Of a stretch of 64,000 nt of DNA, positions 13,596 through 27,539 are shown one piece after another (the first letter of the stretch is position 1; each line of letters begins with the position of its first letter). Source of the DNA: the human T2T-CHM13v2.0 reference genome, Homo sapiens; the NCBI RefSeq assembly GCF_009914755.1, contig NC_060928.1. The stretch is one strand, 5' to 3'. The position numbers were made by a program, and so were the translations under genes. A model generated the notes under the pieces. It had not been told where the DNA came from. It searched no databases and worked only from the letters and a program-made list of their open reading frames with translations.

Positions 13596-14117
13596 TATTA
13601 GTGTTTTCTGTTTAATTATTCAGTATTATTTACTTTGGCCCATGAGATTATTTTTTTCTTCAAACACTCTTTAGATTGCCTAAGAAAGTAATTTGGAATA
13701 CATAAAATAAAAATGTACAATAATTAAGTTTCCAGGCAAGGTCATATTTGGCCCTTACATTTTATAGGTTTGCTACAAACCATAAATGGTTTTCTTCCTT
13801 AATTTTTGAATGTAAACCCTTTAAACTATTTTAATTTAAATATTTTACTTGAATTGAATAAAATTTTAATTTAAACAATTTTTAAATTTGAACACTTTAC
13901 AGAGCTGGCAGCAAATTTGCTGAAATTCTGTTGTATGGATATATACAACCCCCCTTTAAGAAAAACAGATTATTAAATTTTAACCATTTGTAATGTCAAC
14001 CAAATAGTCACATATTCAAATTAGACATCCAAAAATTCTTGTTTGATTAATTTTGGAACAAAAATTTAATCACAAATTCTTTAAGCTATGCTTTTGAAAA
14101 AATACATATTTGTTTAA

Positions 14118-15215
14118 ATTGTGGTAAAATACATGTAACAAAATTTATCCTTTTGGTTATTATGTTTTATGTGTACAGTTCAGTGATATTAAGTACATTG
14201 TCATTATTGTACAACCGTTACCACTATCTATCTTCAGAACTTTTGTCCTTTTGCAAAACTGAAACTCTATACTCATCAAATAACAACTCCTCATCCTCCC
14301 TCACTGCCTCTAGCAGCCACAATTATATGGTCTTTCTTTATTAATCTGACTAATATAAGTACCTCAAATGAGTAGAATCATACAGTATTTGCCATTTTGT
14401 GATTGGCTTATTTCACTTAGCATAAGGTCTTCAAGGTTCAGTGATGTTGTAGCATGTGTTAGAATTTCTTTCCCTTTTAAGACTAAATAATATTTCATTG
14501 TGTGTGTGCGTGTGTGTGTGTACACACGTGTGTGTGTGTACACATGTGTGTGTGTGTGTACATACACTACATTTTGTTTATCATCCATATATGGACACCT
14601 TGGGTTGATTTCACCTTCTAGCTACTGTGAAAAAACATTGCTATGAACATGGGTGTACAAATATGTTTCCATGTTCCTGATTTCAGTTATTTTGGGTAAA
14701 TATCCTGAAGTGGAATTGTTGGATCACACAGTAATCCTATTTTTAATGTTTTGAGGGACTGCCATACTAGTTTCCATAACGGCTGTGGCATTTTAGATTC
14801 CCACCATCAGTGCACTAGGGTCCAGTTTCTCCACATTCACATTAACACTTGTTATTTCATGTTTGTGTGATAATAATCATCCTAATGGGCATAAAATAGC
14901 ATCTCAATTTATTTTGTATTGGCATTTCCCTAATGATTAGTGATTGAGTGTCTTTTCATGTGCTTATTGACATTTGCATATCTCTTTTGGAGAAATGTCT
15001 ATTCAGATTTTCTGCCCATATTTGAATGAGTTTTTTGTTGTTGTTGAGTTTTAGGAGTTCTTCATATATTCTGGATATTAATCTCTTATTAGATACGTGA
15101 TTTGTAATTTTCTCTCCCATTCTGTGGATTGCCTTTTTACTCTGTTGATAGTCTCCTTTGATACACAAAAATTTTAATTTTTAAAAAATCTAATTTGTCT
15201 ATTTCTTCTTTTGTT
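14118..15215 (-). mobile_element. L1MB-type 3' fragment
   Basis: 3'UTR motif 'gtacagttcagtgatattaagtacatt...caaaactgaaactctatac'. Minus ORFs give ORF2 C-terminal remnants (KGKEILTHATT...LSEISQSQ; LNRHFSK). Confidence 0.9.
14499..14567. repeat. Compound (TG)n/(CA)n alternating purine-pyrimidine microsatellite
   Basis: Directly visible. Confidence 0.95.
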
Positions 15216-15894
15216 TGTTTGTCAAGATTGTGAGATATTTGATATTTGAGGACAAGCTTGTCAAAATACTAACTTCTAAAATTCATTTGTAAAAATAGAT
15301 TTTTATTTCAGATGCCCAGTAGGTACTAAGTAGAAAAAGGATTGAGCTGACGAAATATTTGTATTTAATAAGCATAAATTGAAGAGAACAGGTAAAATGG
15401 GCACATTTAATAACATATATGAAATGCTTTACTAGGATTACAAGAAATGTAAAATAATAAAGCATTGCTGTATATTACAATAAGATTTCAAAAGCAGATG
15501 AAGTTTAAATAGAAAAACAAATATGTTTATATAAATCAAGTGTCATATTGTTCAGGCAGTTGAAACCAAATCTAATTAAAAAAAAACACTGAGTGCATAA
15601 AAATTAATATTCCGAATTCTTAATATATATATTATTATTTACAAGTTGCTAATAGTAACAAACTTTTTTTTTTTTTTTTTTACAAATCTGTCTTCTGGAA
15701 TATAAAATAAATATTTACAGTTCAAAAATTCAGAGGTTAAACACTCACATTTTTTTCTCTGCTCTATATTTCAGTTTAAGACAATAAGTATTCTAAATTG
15801 TTCTAGGTTCCTCTTATCATTTACCTATATATTCATATTTACAAATGAATTTAAAAGTTAGACATGTACACTAATGTTGATACTATTACAAATA

Positions 15895-16040
15895 ACATTA
15901 ATAATAAATCTATGTATTGATTATTTACTAAGTGCTAGGATTTTTGCTAAGTGCTTTATATACATTGACTTTTTTAGTCCTGCAAATAAAATATGATAGA
16001 TGTATTATTATCTCCTATTTTCTACTGCTTTAAGAAAAAG
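15895..16040 (-). mobile_element. MIR fragment
   Basis: 'ttactaagtgctaggatttttgctaagtgctttatatacattg...tattattatctcctatttt'. Confidence 0.6.
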
Positions 16041-17524
16041 AAGTTATTTGCAGTGGTCATTTTGAAAATAAACAGCATTATTTCTAAAATTTTAATCTCA
16101 TGTTTTCAAAAAGAATGTAAGTAATCTGAAAAATAATATTTGCATTCAAATTCCCAATGCATTACACACTTTTTATAAAAAAACCTAACAATATATTATA
16201 TAAAAACACAAAAATAATAGTTGGAGGATGAAAATCTTACCTATCATTCTCTTTCATATTTTGTTCTTGTCTTCCTAATTACTTACTACTCTCAAAATGT
16301 AATGGCTCACCACAGAGCACCAAGTAGAAAATAATATTTTTGGTCAATAGATTTTGTATTCTAAAAGGGTCCAAATTCATTGATTTTCTAGAAATAATAA
16401 AATAATCTTGGTTATTTAAGATTGTTGTTTTGATAGGTTTTTCTGTTCTAATGGTATATTGAAATTAAAATAATGATTTTATATGTGTATATATATATAC
16501 CTATCCACATATTCATACATTATATGAAAAGAAACAGAGCCTTTCCATATTAAATAACTACTATAAATATTTTTTAATCTTGTCTTCTATGTGCTTTTTA
16601 TTTATGCAGTTTAAATTACATTAATGTTATGTTTTTAATAATAACTAAAACAGAAATAACCATTTCCAACTACTAGGTGTTATTTGGATTTTTAAAATAT
16701 AATGTATAATATGTTGGGAAATTGGATATTTGAATATAATTTCTGTAATTATTTTATGTTGCTTTTTAAAGAGTTGAGAATAGAATTTTAGAAACTTTTT
16801 AAAATGTTGTTTATTTACAAAATGACCACTGTAAATTAACATTATTCCTTCGAAGAGGTGAATGAGTGGTAAGTTTAGCTATAACAAAACATTTGATAGC
16901 AGATAATAACTGCCACTGTATAGTTGCCATTTCGCATATTTTTAAACCAAATAATTGAATACTCAAGAGCTTTAAAGGGGGGAAAATAATTACTCAAGTT
17001 CCTTGGAAATGCAAAAGGCAATTATGTTGCTCTATGCACTACTGCATTTCTGGAGATGAAAAAACTTTTGTACAATAATTCTCCTAGCACCTGAACCTTT
17101 TGTTCAGTAATTCTCCTAGCACTGTTTTCCCAAACAAGTCAATTGTTTAATCACTTTTAGCAAGTTATGGAGGGATTCATTATAGTTTTCAGATGTTACT
17201 AATCATAAGAATAAATTCATTCTAAATTATTGATTGAAAGAAGTGATGCAAGACTTGTATTTTCTAATTTCCAGGATATTGCAGGCTGGAAAGAAAAAAA
17301 AGAAAAAAAAGCTTTAAAAAGCAGTGCAGGTCTAACGTTTATTCCCTGGTTATGCAGTCCATAATGAGAATACATAATCCTTCAGTATTCCTAAATTTAT
17401 AGTTCAACCCAAAAGATGAGATTATAGTGTACCCTGACTCGCCCATTCTTCATGTCTCTATCAACAGGAACAAGTCTTGTGTTTAGTTCTCAGTGGTTGT
17501 TTGGTAGGTTGGTCAGTTTGCTTT

Positions 17525-17685
17525 CCTTTGTTATTTTATTATTATTTCGGCTGACTGCAACCTCCAACTCCTGGGTTCAAGCGATTCTGCAGCTTCAGCC
17601 TCCTGAGTAGCTGAGATTACAGACACTCGCCACCATGCCCCGCTGATTTTTGTATTTTTTTAGTAGAGATGGGGTTTCCCCATGT
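17525..17685 (-). mobile_element. Alu fragment (partial right arm and linker)
   Basis: 'ctgcaacctccaactcctgggttcaagcgattct...tgtattttttagtagagatggggtttc'. Confidence 0.9.
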
Positions 17686-18729
17686 ATTTTGTTGTTTTTG
17701 TTGCCATCATGGGTGTTTTCCATATTCATGACTGCTCTTCATCTTTTGAATAGCCTTTTTATATTTGAGGCCAGACCTATGTATTGAATCACACGTGCTG
17801 CTGCTCACAAAGAAGTCAGAGCCTATTACCCATTCTCTTTTACAATTAAATTGTATATGTGTTACTTAGTTTCCCAAAAAGAACACCCACATAAGTATTT
17901 AATTCAGAAGTGAGCAATAAGATGCAATAGGTTCTTCTGAAATGTTCATTTTTTCTGGCATAATAGGGAGCAGATTATCAGTATTCAGTGGCGGCAGAGG
18001 TAGCTGTAATGGCCCCAGGTTTTCAGTGGTGGCAAACCTGGTTCACGGCGAGGGGTGGAGAAGTCTCTGTGCTAGCAGCAGTAGCAGATTGTGTAAAGCA
18101 TTGTTTTCCCTAAACATCTGAGCACTTCTATAACCAATTTAATATCATTTAATATATCAATTGTTGAAACTTTCCAGATTTGACTTGTAGATTTTGTTTA
18201 TTCTAAGAACCCCTGGCAATATTTGTAAATATTCTTGTTTTGAAGAATAAGAGAATTTGAGTAGAATATTTTCTGCATTGTATGTATGGGACTGTAGATA
18301 TAAATAAAAATAAAATTTTCTGATGTAAAATTTTGGAAACATGACTGCCTCCATTCAAAAATTTTGAAGCATTGATTACTTTTCTTCCAGCATTTATATG
18401 CACTACAATCTGAATATTTGTTAGAAAAACACTAGAAATCCCAGTAATGCTGGTAGGTATAAGTTAACCTCATGATCTAACGCTTGCAGGAGATAATTGC
18501 AAACATACTCATTTTTTGGTGTCTTTCCTTCAATCTTTTCCTCTCAATAACCCTTCAACTTATGTTCTTTGTTGTTGTTGTTTTTTAACCAGTTGTTCTA
18601 GGCTTCCTATTCCACTTTCATAGGTGTCATGGTTTTGTATCCTATTAAGGATGCTAAATTGTCAAAAATTTTATCATGTAGTCTTAGAATAGATCATTTC
18701 AATGAGGCTCCTTCTGCTGAATTCTCAGA

Positions 18730-19030
18730 ATTTATTCATTCTGTCTTTCACTATTTCATTTGGTAGATGCTTGCCAAGCCCCTATTAGGTCTCAGATACT
18801 TTTCTAAATGTGGACACAGAACAAGGAACAAAACAGATGAAGGACCCAGTGCTCTCTGAGCATATAATCTGTTCATCAAGACCACTACTAACAAAGAGAA
18901 AAATAAATAAATCACAGTTCATAGGTAATAGGCACAATGAAGAAAATAATGCAGGATAATAGGTAATTGAGTGACTTCACGTGAGATGGGGTAGGGGAAA
19001 GGGAGAGGCATTTTAGATCAAAGTTATCAT
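18730..19030 (-). mobile_element. L2 3' fragment
   Basis: 'ttattcattc...gaacaaaacagatgaaggacccagtgctctctgagcatataatct'. Confidence 0.55.
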
Positions 19031-20809
19031 TAATGTTGTTATTCATATTTGTCCATTGTTGTAAGGGGAGATATCACATCCAAACAACTTGTATGTATAA
19101 ATATATAAAGCTATAGATCTTAGTATGCATAATTCCCAGACTGATTTCCAGTATTTTCCTGCCATTTATCTACTATGTTTTCACCTGTTGATGTGGGTGA
19201 AACCACATTAAACATGTCTAATGCTCTTAGGAGATGGAGAATATTAAACAAATTACTTAATGCAGAAAATAACTCTATTAGAGTTTTCCTTGATTTCACC
19301 CTCCTCAGTTAGTACTCTAGTTATGGGAATCATATTATCAGAATTCAAATAATATCAAATAAACCCTTCCTTCCCTTAATCCAATTTTGTTGTTGTTGTT
19401 TAAATCATAATATCTGAATGGATAAAGAATGAGATATATTATTAGGGGTCAAGGTCAGGGAGGGGGTTATGGGAAACCATGTAACTGCCTAAAATTTAGC
19501 ATGCAGTCAGTAGAAGGATGGCTATCCAATGTTCTTCTTGGTTCAGATTTTGTTTCTGGTCCAAAGATTAGAGGAAAAGGGAAGAAATAAAGATCTATCT
19601 ACTTTCCAGCAGGCAAGCACACCAGCAGCATCATACTGATTATATATTTAATCCACTCCCATTGGCCTTGTATTTAATGGAAATTCCTCTCATATTCTGA
19701 CAATAAGTTGACAGTGAGTCCCAGTTCATAGTGTTGTGCAATTTCATCTTTTCAAGTCTCTACCTAATGACTTTAGTGAAAAAGGTGGAGGAGGTTGTTT
19801 CAAGGGCTGCTTAGACAGATGACATTTTAAACTAGAAATGAAAGTATAGGTTTTTATGGTTTCCAATATATCTGTGAATTCTGTATAAGAAATAATTTGG
19901 TCTACTACAAAACAGATGTGTTACACATAGACCTCATAGCAAAAGCTAGAGAGTTAAAGCTAAATAAATAGGATATGTAGTTTGCTAAATTTCCATTGTG
20001 ATCTCTATTAGTTTTTTTCTTTAACCTGTGTACAATTATAAGTTATTTTTCATGCACTCTTCAAGACAATTAGCATGTTAAGGAAACATAAAGGTTATTA
20101 AATAAAAGGTAAGTTACTTGACCTCTTCAGTATAGTTGTAAAAAATTACAATGTGGAAGCAATTGGATATTTTTTGAGAATACATAAAAATTATACATAA
20201 ATCTTTTATGTGTCCCCTGCTTAGAAAGCCTGCTTTCTGGAATGTTTCAAATTTAGTAAATAGTTATTAATGGAGAATCAACTGGTTTCTCAGCACTGTT
20301 CCACACACACAGGAGTAAATAAGACAGGTGAATATGTCTGTCTACATGGAGGAGCTTATATTATTTCCTTTTGTCTGTCTTTGCTAAATTCTCATGCATT
20401 TTCCAAGTTTCATGTCCAATGTTACTTTTCCTGACCTGTCGGCTAGTTCATATTCATAGTATCTTTAAAGGTGGAAACCATATTTTTATCATCTTAAAGC
20501 TTTTAACCTACTTCCTTAGGATGTGTTTATTGAATAGAATTATATTTAACTACCTAGGTATGCCATTCACAGAAAATGGTGTTTTGTCTTTCTTGTATTT
20601 ACCCTTTAGAAGAAGTCATTTATTTCATTTGAATATTTCATATTTCAAACAAATATGAAATAAATGACTATAATTATTAGGTAGAAAATAACTCTGCCTT
20701 AAGTTTATTGTTACTGGGAATTCGATTTTTATGAATGTATTTAAAACATTGCAAAATTTTGTCAAGTAATATTAGAAAAGTAAACTCATCATAAGTACAC
20801 TCAAAATGT

Positions 20810-20840
20810 ACACACACACACACACATACACACACACACA
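20810..20840 (+). repeat. (CA)n microsatellite
   Basis: Directly visible, with one TA interruption. Confidence 0.95.
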
Positions 20841-21369
20841 ATTTTCAGATTAGCTGATAATAATAGCAGTATCCAAAGCAATAGTTAAGTTTATGGAACT
20901 TAGTACCATATTAATGTAAAAAGTGAGAGAGATTTTCATAGAGAATATTAACATTACATAACTCTGAACTTTATTTTGCATTTCTTCACTAACAAAAGAA
21001 TTCATTATTCATAACTGAGTATATATTCCCATAATTCCTCAATCTCAATGTATGGGAATTGAGTCATTACTTATTAGTAACTGACTTTTTAAAATAAAAT
21101 TGAGAAGTTTGTTTATATTTTGTTCTGTTAGTAAACTGAGCACAGATGTGTGGCTAAATCCATAATGTAAACAAAGTGTTAGGCTTGCTTATAAAACTCT
21201 GATTTGCTTCATTGTATTTTATCATATTGTTTTCCTTTTATATCAAATAATAGTTTTCACTGTTATATTTTTACATTTTTCAAACAGTCATATTCATTGT
21301 GGAAGATGATAACATGTTGGTCATTAAATATATAAGAAAAAAATATAAAACCTGAAATTCAGGTAATTA

Positions 21370-21472
21370 TTTTCTTTTTCTTTTTCTTTTTTGGAGACAG
21401 GATCTTGTTCTGTCACCCAGGTTGGAGTGCAGTGGCATGATGGGGGCTCACTACAGCTTCAGCTTTCTGGGC
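21370..21472 (-). mobile_element. AluJ/FLAM 3' fragment fused directly to an L1
   Basis: T-rich tail plus 'gagacaggatcttgttctgtcacccaggttggagtgcagtggc', ending abruptly at 'ctgggc'. Confidence 0.88.
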
Positions 21473-24400
21473 ATGTGCAAGTGTCTTTTTCATATAACGA
21501 CTTCTTTTTCTCTGGGCAGATACCCAGTAGTAGGATTGCTGGATCAAATAGTAGATCTACTTTCAGTTCTGTAAGGAATCTCCACACAGTTTTCCATAGT
21601 GGTTGTATTAGTTTACATTCCCAGTAGCAGTGTAAAATTGCTCCCTTTCACCACATCCATGTCAACATCTATTATGTTTTGAGATTTTGATTAAGGACAT
21701 TTTTGAAGAAATAAAGTGGTATTGCATTGTAGTTTTGATTTGCATTGTCCTGATAATTAGTGATGTTGAGCATTTTTCATGTTTGTTGGCCACTTGTGTA
21801 TCCTCTTTTAAGAACTGTTTTTTCATATCCTTAGCCCACTTTTTGATGGGATCGTTTTTTTTTCTTGCTGACTTGTTTGAGTTCCCACAGTTTCTGAATA
21901 TTAGTCCTTTGTCACATGCATATTTGATGAATATTTTCCCCGAAACTGAGTTGTCTGTTTACTCTGCTGATTATTTTGTTTTGCTGTACAGAAACATTTT
22001 AGTCTAATTAAATCCCTTCTATTTATCCTTGTTTATGTTGCATTTGCTTTTGGTCATGAAGTCTTTGCCTAAGCCAATGTCTAGAAGGGTTTTCTCAATG
22101 TTAGCTTCTAGAATTTTTATTGTTTCATGTCTTAGATTTAAGTCTTTAATCGATCTTGAGTTGACATTTGTATAGGGTGAGATATGAGAATCCAGTTTCA
22201 TTCTTCCACATGTGGCTTGCCAGTTATTCCAGCACCATTTGTTGAATAGGGGTCCTTTCCTTGACTTTATGTTTTTGTTTGCTTTGTCAAAGATCTGTTG
22301 ACTGTAAGTATTTGGCTTTATTTATGGGTTCTCTATGCTGTTCCATTTGTCTATATGCCTATTTTTATACCAGTACCATGCCGTTTGGGTGACTATAGCC
22401 ATATAGTATAGTTTGAAGTCAGGTAATGTAATGCCTCCAGATTTGCTCTTTTTGCTTAGTCTTTCTTTGGATATGCAGGCTCTTTTTTAGTTCTACATGA
22501 TTTTAGAATTGTTTTCTAGTTTTCTTAAGAATGATGGTGGTATTTTGATAGGAATTGCTTTGAATTTGTAGATTGCTTTTGGCAGTATGTTCATTTTCAC
22601 AGTACAGACTCTACCCATCCTTGAGCATGGGATGTGTTTTCATTTGTTCATGTGTTTGTGTCATCTGTGATTTCTTTGAACAGTGCTTTTTTAGTTTTCC
22701 TTGAGGTATTTTATCTCCTTGTTTAGGTATATTCATAAGTATTTTATTTGTGGCTATTGTAAAAAGGGTTGAGTTCTTGATATGATTCTTGGCTTGTTCA
22801 CTGTTGGTGTATAGCAGCGCTATTGATTTCTGTATATTTTGTACCCTGAAACTTTACTGAATTTATTTATCAGTTTTAGGAGCTTTTCAAATGAGTCTTT
22901 AGGGTTTTCTATGTATATCATCATATCGTCAGCAAACAATGACAATTTGACACCCTCTTTACTGATTTGAATGCCCTTTATTTCTTTCTCTTGTCTAATT
23001 CCTCTCTAGGACCTTCAGTTCTATGTTGAATAAACATAGTGAAAATGGACATCCTTGTCTTGTTCCAGTTCTCATGGAGAATGATCTCAACTTTTCCCCA
23101 TTCACTATAATGTTGGTTGTGTGTTTATCATAGACAGCTTTTATTACCTCAAGCTATATCCCTTCTTTGCCAATTTTGCTAAGGATTTTAATCATAAAGC
23201 GATGCTGTATTTTGTGTTTTCTTCATCTATTGAGATGATCATGTGATTTTTGTTTTTATTTCTGTTTATGCGGTATATCACATTTATTCACTTGTGCATG
23301 TTAAACTATCCCTACATTGCTGGTATGAAACTCACTTGATTATGGTGGATTATCTTCTTGATATGCTGTTGGATTCATTTAGCTAGCATTTGGTTAAAGA
23401 TTTTTGCATTTATGTTCATCAGGGATATTGGTCTGTAGTTTTCTATTTTAGTTATGTCCTTTTTTAGGTTTGGTATTAAGGTGATACTGGCTTCATAGAA
23501 TGATTTAGGGAGGATTCCCTCTTTCTCTATCTTTTGGAATATTTTCAATAGGATTAGTACAATTCTTGTTCAAATGTCTGATAGAATTCAGCTGTGAATT
23601 TGCCCACTCCTGGACTTTTTTATTGGCAATTTTTTAATTACCATTTCCATCTTGCTGCTTGTTATTGGTCTGTTCAGAGTTTCTATTTCTTCCTGGTTAA
23701 ACCTAGGAGGGTTTTATATGTTCACGAATTTATCTGTCTCCTTTAGGTTTTCTAGTTTATGTGCATAAAGCTATTCACAGTAGCCTTGAGTGATCATTTG
23801 TATTTCTGTGGTATCAATTGTAATATTCCCAGTTTCATTTCTAATTGAGCTTATTTGGATTTTTTCTCTTCTTTTCTTGGTTAATCTCACTAACAGTCTG
23901 ACAATTTTGTTTATCTTTTAAAAACCAGCTTCTTGTTTCATTTCCCATTTGTATTTTGTTTGTTTGTTTCAATTTCTTTTAGTTCTGCTCTTCTCTTTGT
24001 TATTTATTTTCTTCTGCTGGGTTTGGGTTTGGTTTGTTCTTGTTTCTCTAGTTTCTTCAAGTGTGAGCTTAGATTGTCTATTTGTGCTCTTTTGGACTTT
24101 TTGATGTAGGCATTTAATGCTATGAAATTGCCTCTTAGGATTGCTTTTGCTGTATTCCAGATGATTTGATGGGTTGTGTCATGATTGTCATTCAGTTCAA
24201 AGAATCTTTAATTTCCATCTTGATTTTATTATTGGCCCAATAATTATTCAGGAGCAGGTTGTTTAATTTCCATGTATTTGCATGGTTTTGAGAGTTCCTT
24301 TTGAAGTTTATTTCTAATTTTATTCCAATGTGGTCTGAGAGAGTCCATAATTTTGATTTTCTTAAATATTGAGACTTGTTTTGTGGCCTATCATATGAAC

Positions 24401-27400
24401 TGCCTTGGAGAATGTTCTGTCTGCAGATGAATAGAATGTATATTCTGCAGTTGCTGGGTAGAATTTTCTGTAAATATGTTGAGTCAATTTGTTCTAGGGT
24501 ATAGTATAAGTCCATTGTTTCTTTGTTGACTTTCTGTCTTGATGACCTGTCTGGTGCTGTCAGTAGAGTACTGAAGTTCCCTACTAGTATTGTGTTGCTG
24601 TCCTCCTCATTTAGGTCTAGTAGTAATTGTTTTATAAATTTGGGAGCTCCAGTGTTAGGTGCATATGTATTTAGGATTGTGATATTTTCTTGTTGTACTC
24701 ATCCCTTATCATTATACAATGTCCCTCTTTGTCTTTTTAACTGTTGTTGCTTTAAAGTCTGTTTTGTCTGATATAAGAATAGCTATTCTTGCTTGCTTTA
24801 GTTGTCCATTTGCATGGAATATCTTTTTCCACCCCTATACCTTAAGTTTACTGGAGTCCTTATTTGTTAGGTGAGTCTCTTGAAGACAGCAGATACTTGG
24901 TTGGTGAACTCTTATCCAATCTGCCATTCTGTATCTTTTAAGTGAAGCATTTAGGCCATTTACATTCATCGTTAATATTGAGATGTGAGGTACTATTCTG
25001 TTCATTGTGGTATACCTTTTTTTCCATTGTGTTATTGTTTTGTAGGTCCTGTGAGATTTATGCTTTAAGAAGGTTCTATTTTGGTGTATGTCAAATATTT
25101 GTTTCAAGATTTAGAGCTCCTTTTAGCAATTCTTGTAGTGTTGGCTTGGTAGTGGTGGGTTCTCTCAGCAATTGTTTGTCTGAAAAAGACTGTATCTTTC
25201 CTTCATTTATGGTGTTTAGTTTTGCTGGATACAAAATTTTTGGCTGGTAATTGTTTTTTAAGGAGGCCAAAGATAGGACTCAATCCCTTCTAACTTCTAG
25301 GGTTTCTGCTGAGAAATCTGCTGTTAATCTCGGTTTTCCTTTATAGGTTACCTGATGCTTTTCCTCATAATTAATATTCTCTTCTTTGTCTTGACTTTCG
25401 ATAACCTGATGACTATGTGCATAGGTTATGATCTTTTTGCAATGAATTTCCTGGGTGTTCTTTAAGCTTTTTGTATTTGAACATCTAGATCTCTAGCAAG
25501 GCCTGGGAAGTTTTCCTCAATTATTCCCTCAAATATGTTTTCCAAACTTTCAGATTTCTCTGCTTTCTCAAGAATGCCGATTATTCTTGGGTTTGCTCAT
25601 TTAACATAATCTCAAACTTCTAGGAGGCTTTGTTCATTCTTTTTGATTTTTTTTTCTTTTTGTTGATTGGGTTAACTTGAAAGCCTAGTTTTTAAGCTCT
25701 GAAATTCTTTCTTCTACTTGTTCAATTCTATTGATTAGAATCTCCAGTGCATTTTAACCTTTCTCTAAGTGTGTCATTGATTTCCAGTTATGATTGTTTT
25801 TTATTTATGCTATCTATTTCACTGGAGATTTTTTCATTCATGTCCTGTATTTTTATTTATTTAAGATAGACTTCACCTTTCTCTGGTGCCTCCTTGAGTA
25901 GCTTAATAATTGACTTTCTGAATTCTTTTTCTGGCAATTCAGATATTTTGCCTTGGTTTGGATCCATTACTGGTGAGTTAGTGTGATCATTTGAGGGTGT
26001 TAAATACCTTTGTTTTGTCATATCATCAGAATTGTTTTTCTGGTTCCCTCTCATTTGGGTAGACTATGTCAGTGGGAATATCTGGGGCTCAAGAGCTGCT
26101 AATCAGATTCTTTTGTCTCGCAAGGTGCTCCCTTGATGTGGTGCTCTCCCCTTTCCCCTAAGGATGAGGTTTCCTGAGAACCAGACTGCAGTGATTGATA
26201 TTTCTCTTCTGGGTCTAGCCACCCAGCAGAACTACCAGGCTTCAGGCTGGTACTAAGGGGTATCTGCAAAGAGTGCTGTGATGTGATCCATCTTCAGGTC
26301 TCTCAGCCATAGATACCAGCACCTGCTCTGGTAGAGGTAGCAGGGGAATAAAATTGACTCTGTGAGTGTCCTTGTTTGTGGTTTTGTTTAATGCACTGGC
26401 TTTGTGTTTTTTGGCCCCTAGAGCATCAGCTATAGTACTATAGGGAGAATACGAGCTTGCCCTAAGGTCACCTGAATAAACATTCAGGTTTCTCAGGCAG
26501 TGGGTGGGACCATAGAGATCCCAGGGGATTGTGTCCTTTGTCTTCCGCTACCAGGGCACATAGAAAAAGAACATCAGGTGGGGCAGGATTAGGACTCTCT
26601 GAGCTCAGACTCTTCTTGAGCTTGCTGTGGCCACTGTGGAGGATGAGGGTGTGGTTCTCAAGCCAATGGAGTTATGTTTCCAGGGTAATTATGACTGCCT
26701 CTGCTATATGACACAGGTCACCAGGGGAGTGAGGGAAAGCCAGCAGTGACAGGCTTCACCCAGCTCTCATGCAGCCCAAAAGGCCAGTCTCTCTCCCAAT
26801 ATGCTCCCCCACCCCCAACTCCCGTCAACAGCATTGAGTTTATTTCCAGGCAGCCAGTGAGCAGGGCTGAGAACAACTTGCTCTAGGCTACATGCCTCCC
26901 TGCTGAGAAAGCAAGCAGGGCTTTCAGGTTTTACCTCTCCCTACCTACTGCAGTTTCTGTGCTGCTATCCACACTCCAGGTTTTCCCCTCTCCCAGATTC
27001 TGTCCAGGAAACGTTGGGTTCTTTTGAAATTGTTACATAGTTCAACTGGAAGTTTCCTTCTTCCTGTCGTCTTTCCCCAATTCTACTGGCAGCCCACCCC
27101 GAGGACCCCTGTGAGATGAAGTCAGAAATGGCATCCCTTGGGACCAAGAGTGCCTACAGGGCTTTTCCCACTGCTTCCTTTAGTCCTATATTTCACTTGA
27201 CTCTCTAAATTCGTCTCAGCTCAAGGTAAGATCTAATCCTTCTCCTGTGATCTGGACCTTCAGGTTCCCCAGTAAGGATGTGTTTTTGGGGACAGATGTC
27301 CCCCCTCATCCATTGGGGGAGAACCCTTTGGGCTCTCACAGTTTTCAGCTGTCTCACAAAGCCTGCAGAGGTAAGTAGCTTCCTTCAAAGTGTCTACGGA

Positions 27401-27531
27401 TTCTCTTGGCTTTCCTGGTATGTTCATGTAGTATTTCTTGGAGCAAAAGTGCATGATGTGAGCCTCCATATGTTGCTCTGTTCAGCTGAGTGGGAGTTGC
27501 AAGTTAGTCCAGCCTATCTGCCATTTTCACC
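21473..27531 (-). mobile_element. L1PB-type element with 5'UTR, ORF1 and most of ORF2; 3' end missing; both ORFs disrupted
   Basis: 5' start is the reverse complement of 'gttgcaagttagtccagcctatctgccattttc'. ORF1 N-terminus MRGNQKNNS...ELPEKEFRK (25857-26054). Endonuclease start ISILTMNVNGLN...CCLQETHL (24835-25107); SDHIGIKLEIN...TWKLNNLLLN (24192-24515). Confidence 0.95.
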
Positions 27532-27539
27532 TATTGTCC

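Noticed and set aside
13909-13949. Adjacent short palindromes (cagcaaatttgctg; gttgtat-n6-atacaac), and similar 7-9-bp stems near 9860, 56704 and 56867
   Set aside because: Stems of this length are expected by chance in 64 kb of AT-rich DNA, and no supporting context was found.
21473-27531. Active or intact LINE-1
   Set aside because: ORF1 and ORF2 are broken into many short pieces, the 3' end is missing and the 5'UTR is CpG-depleted.
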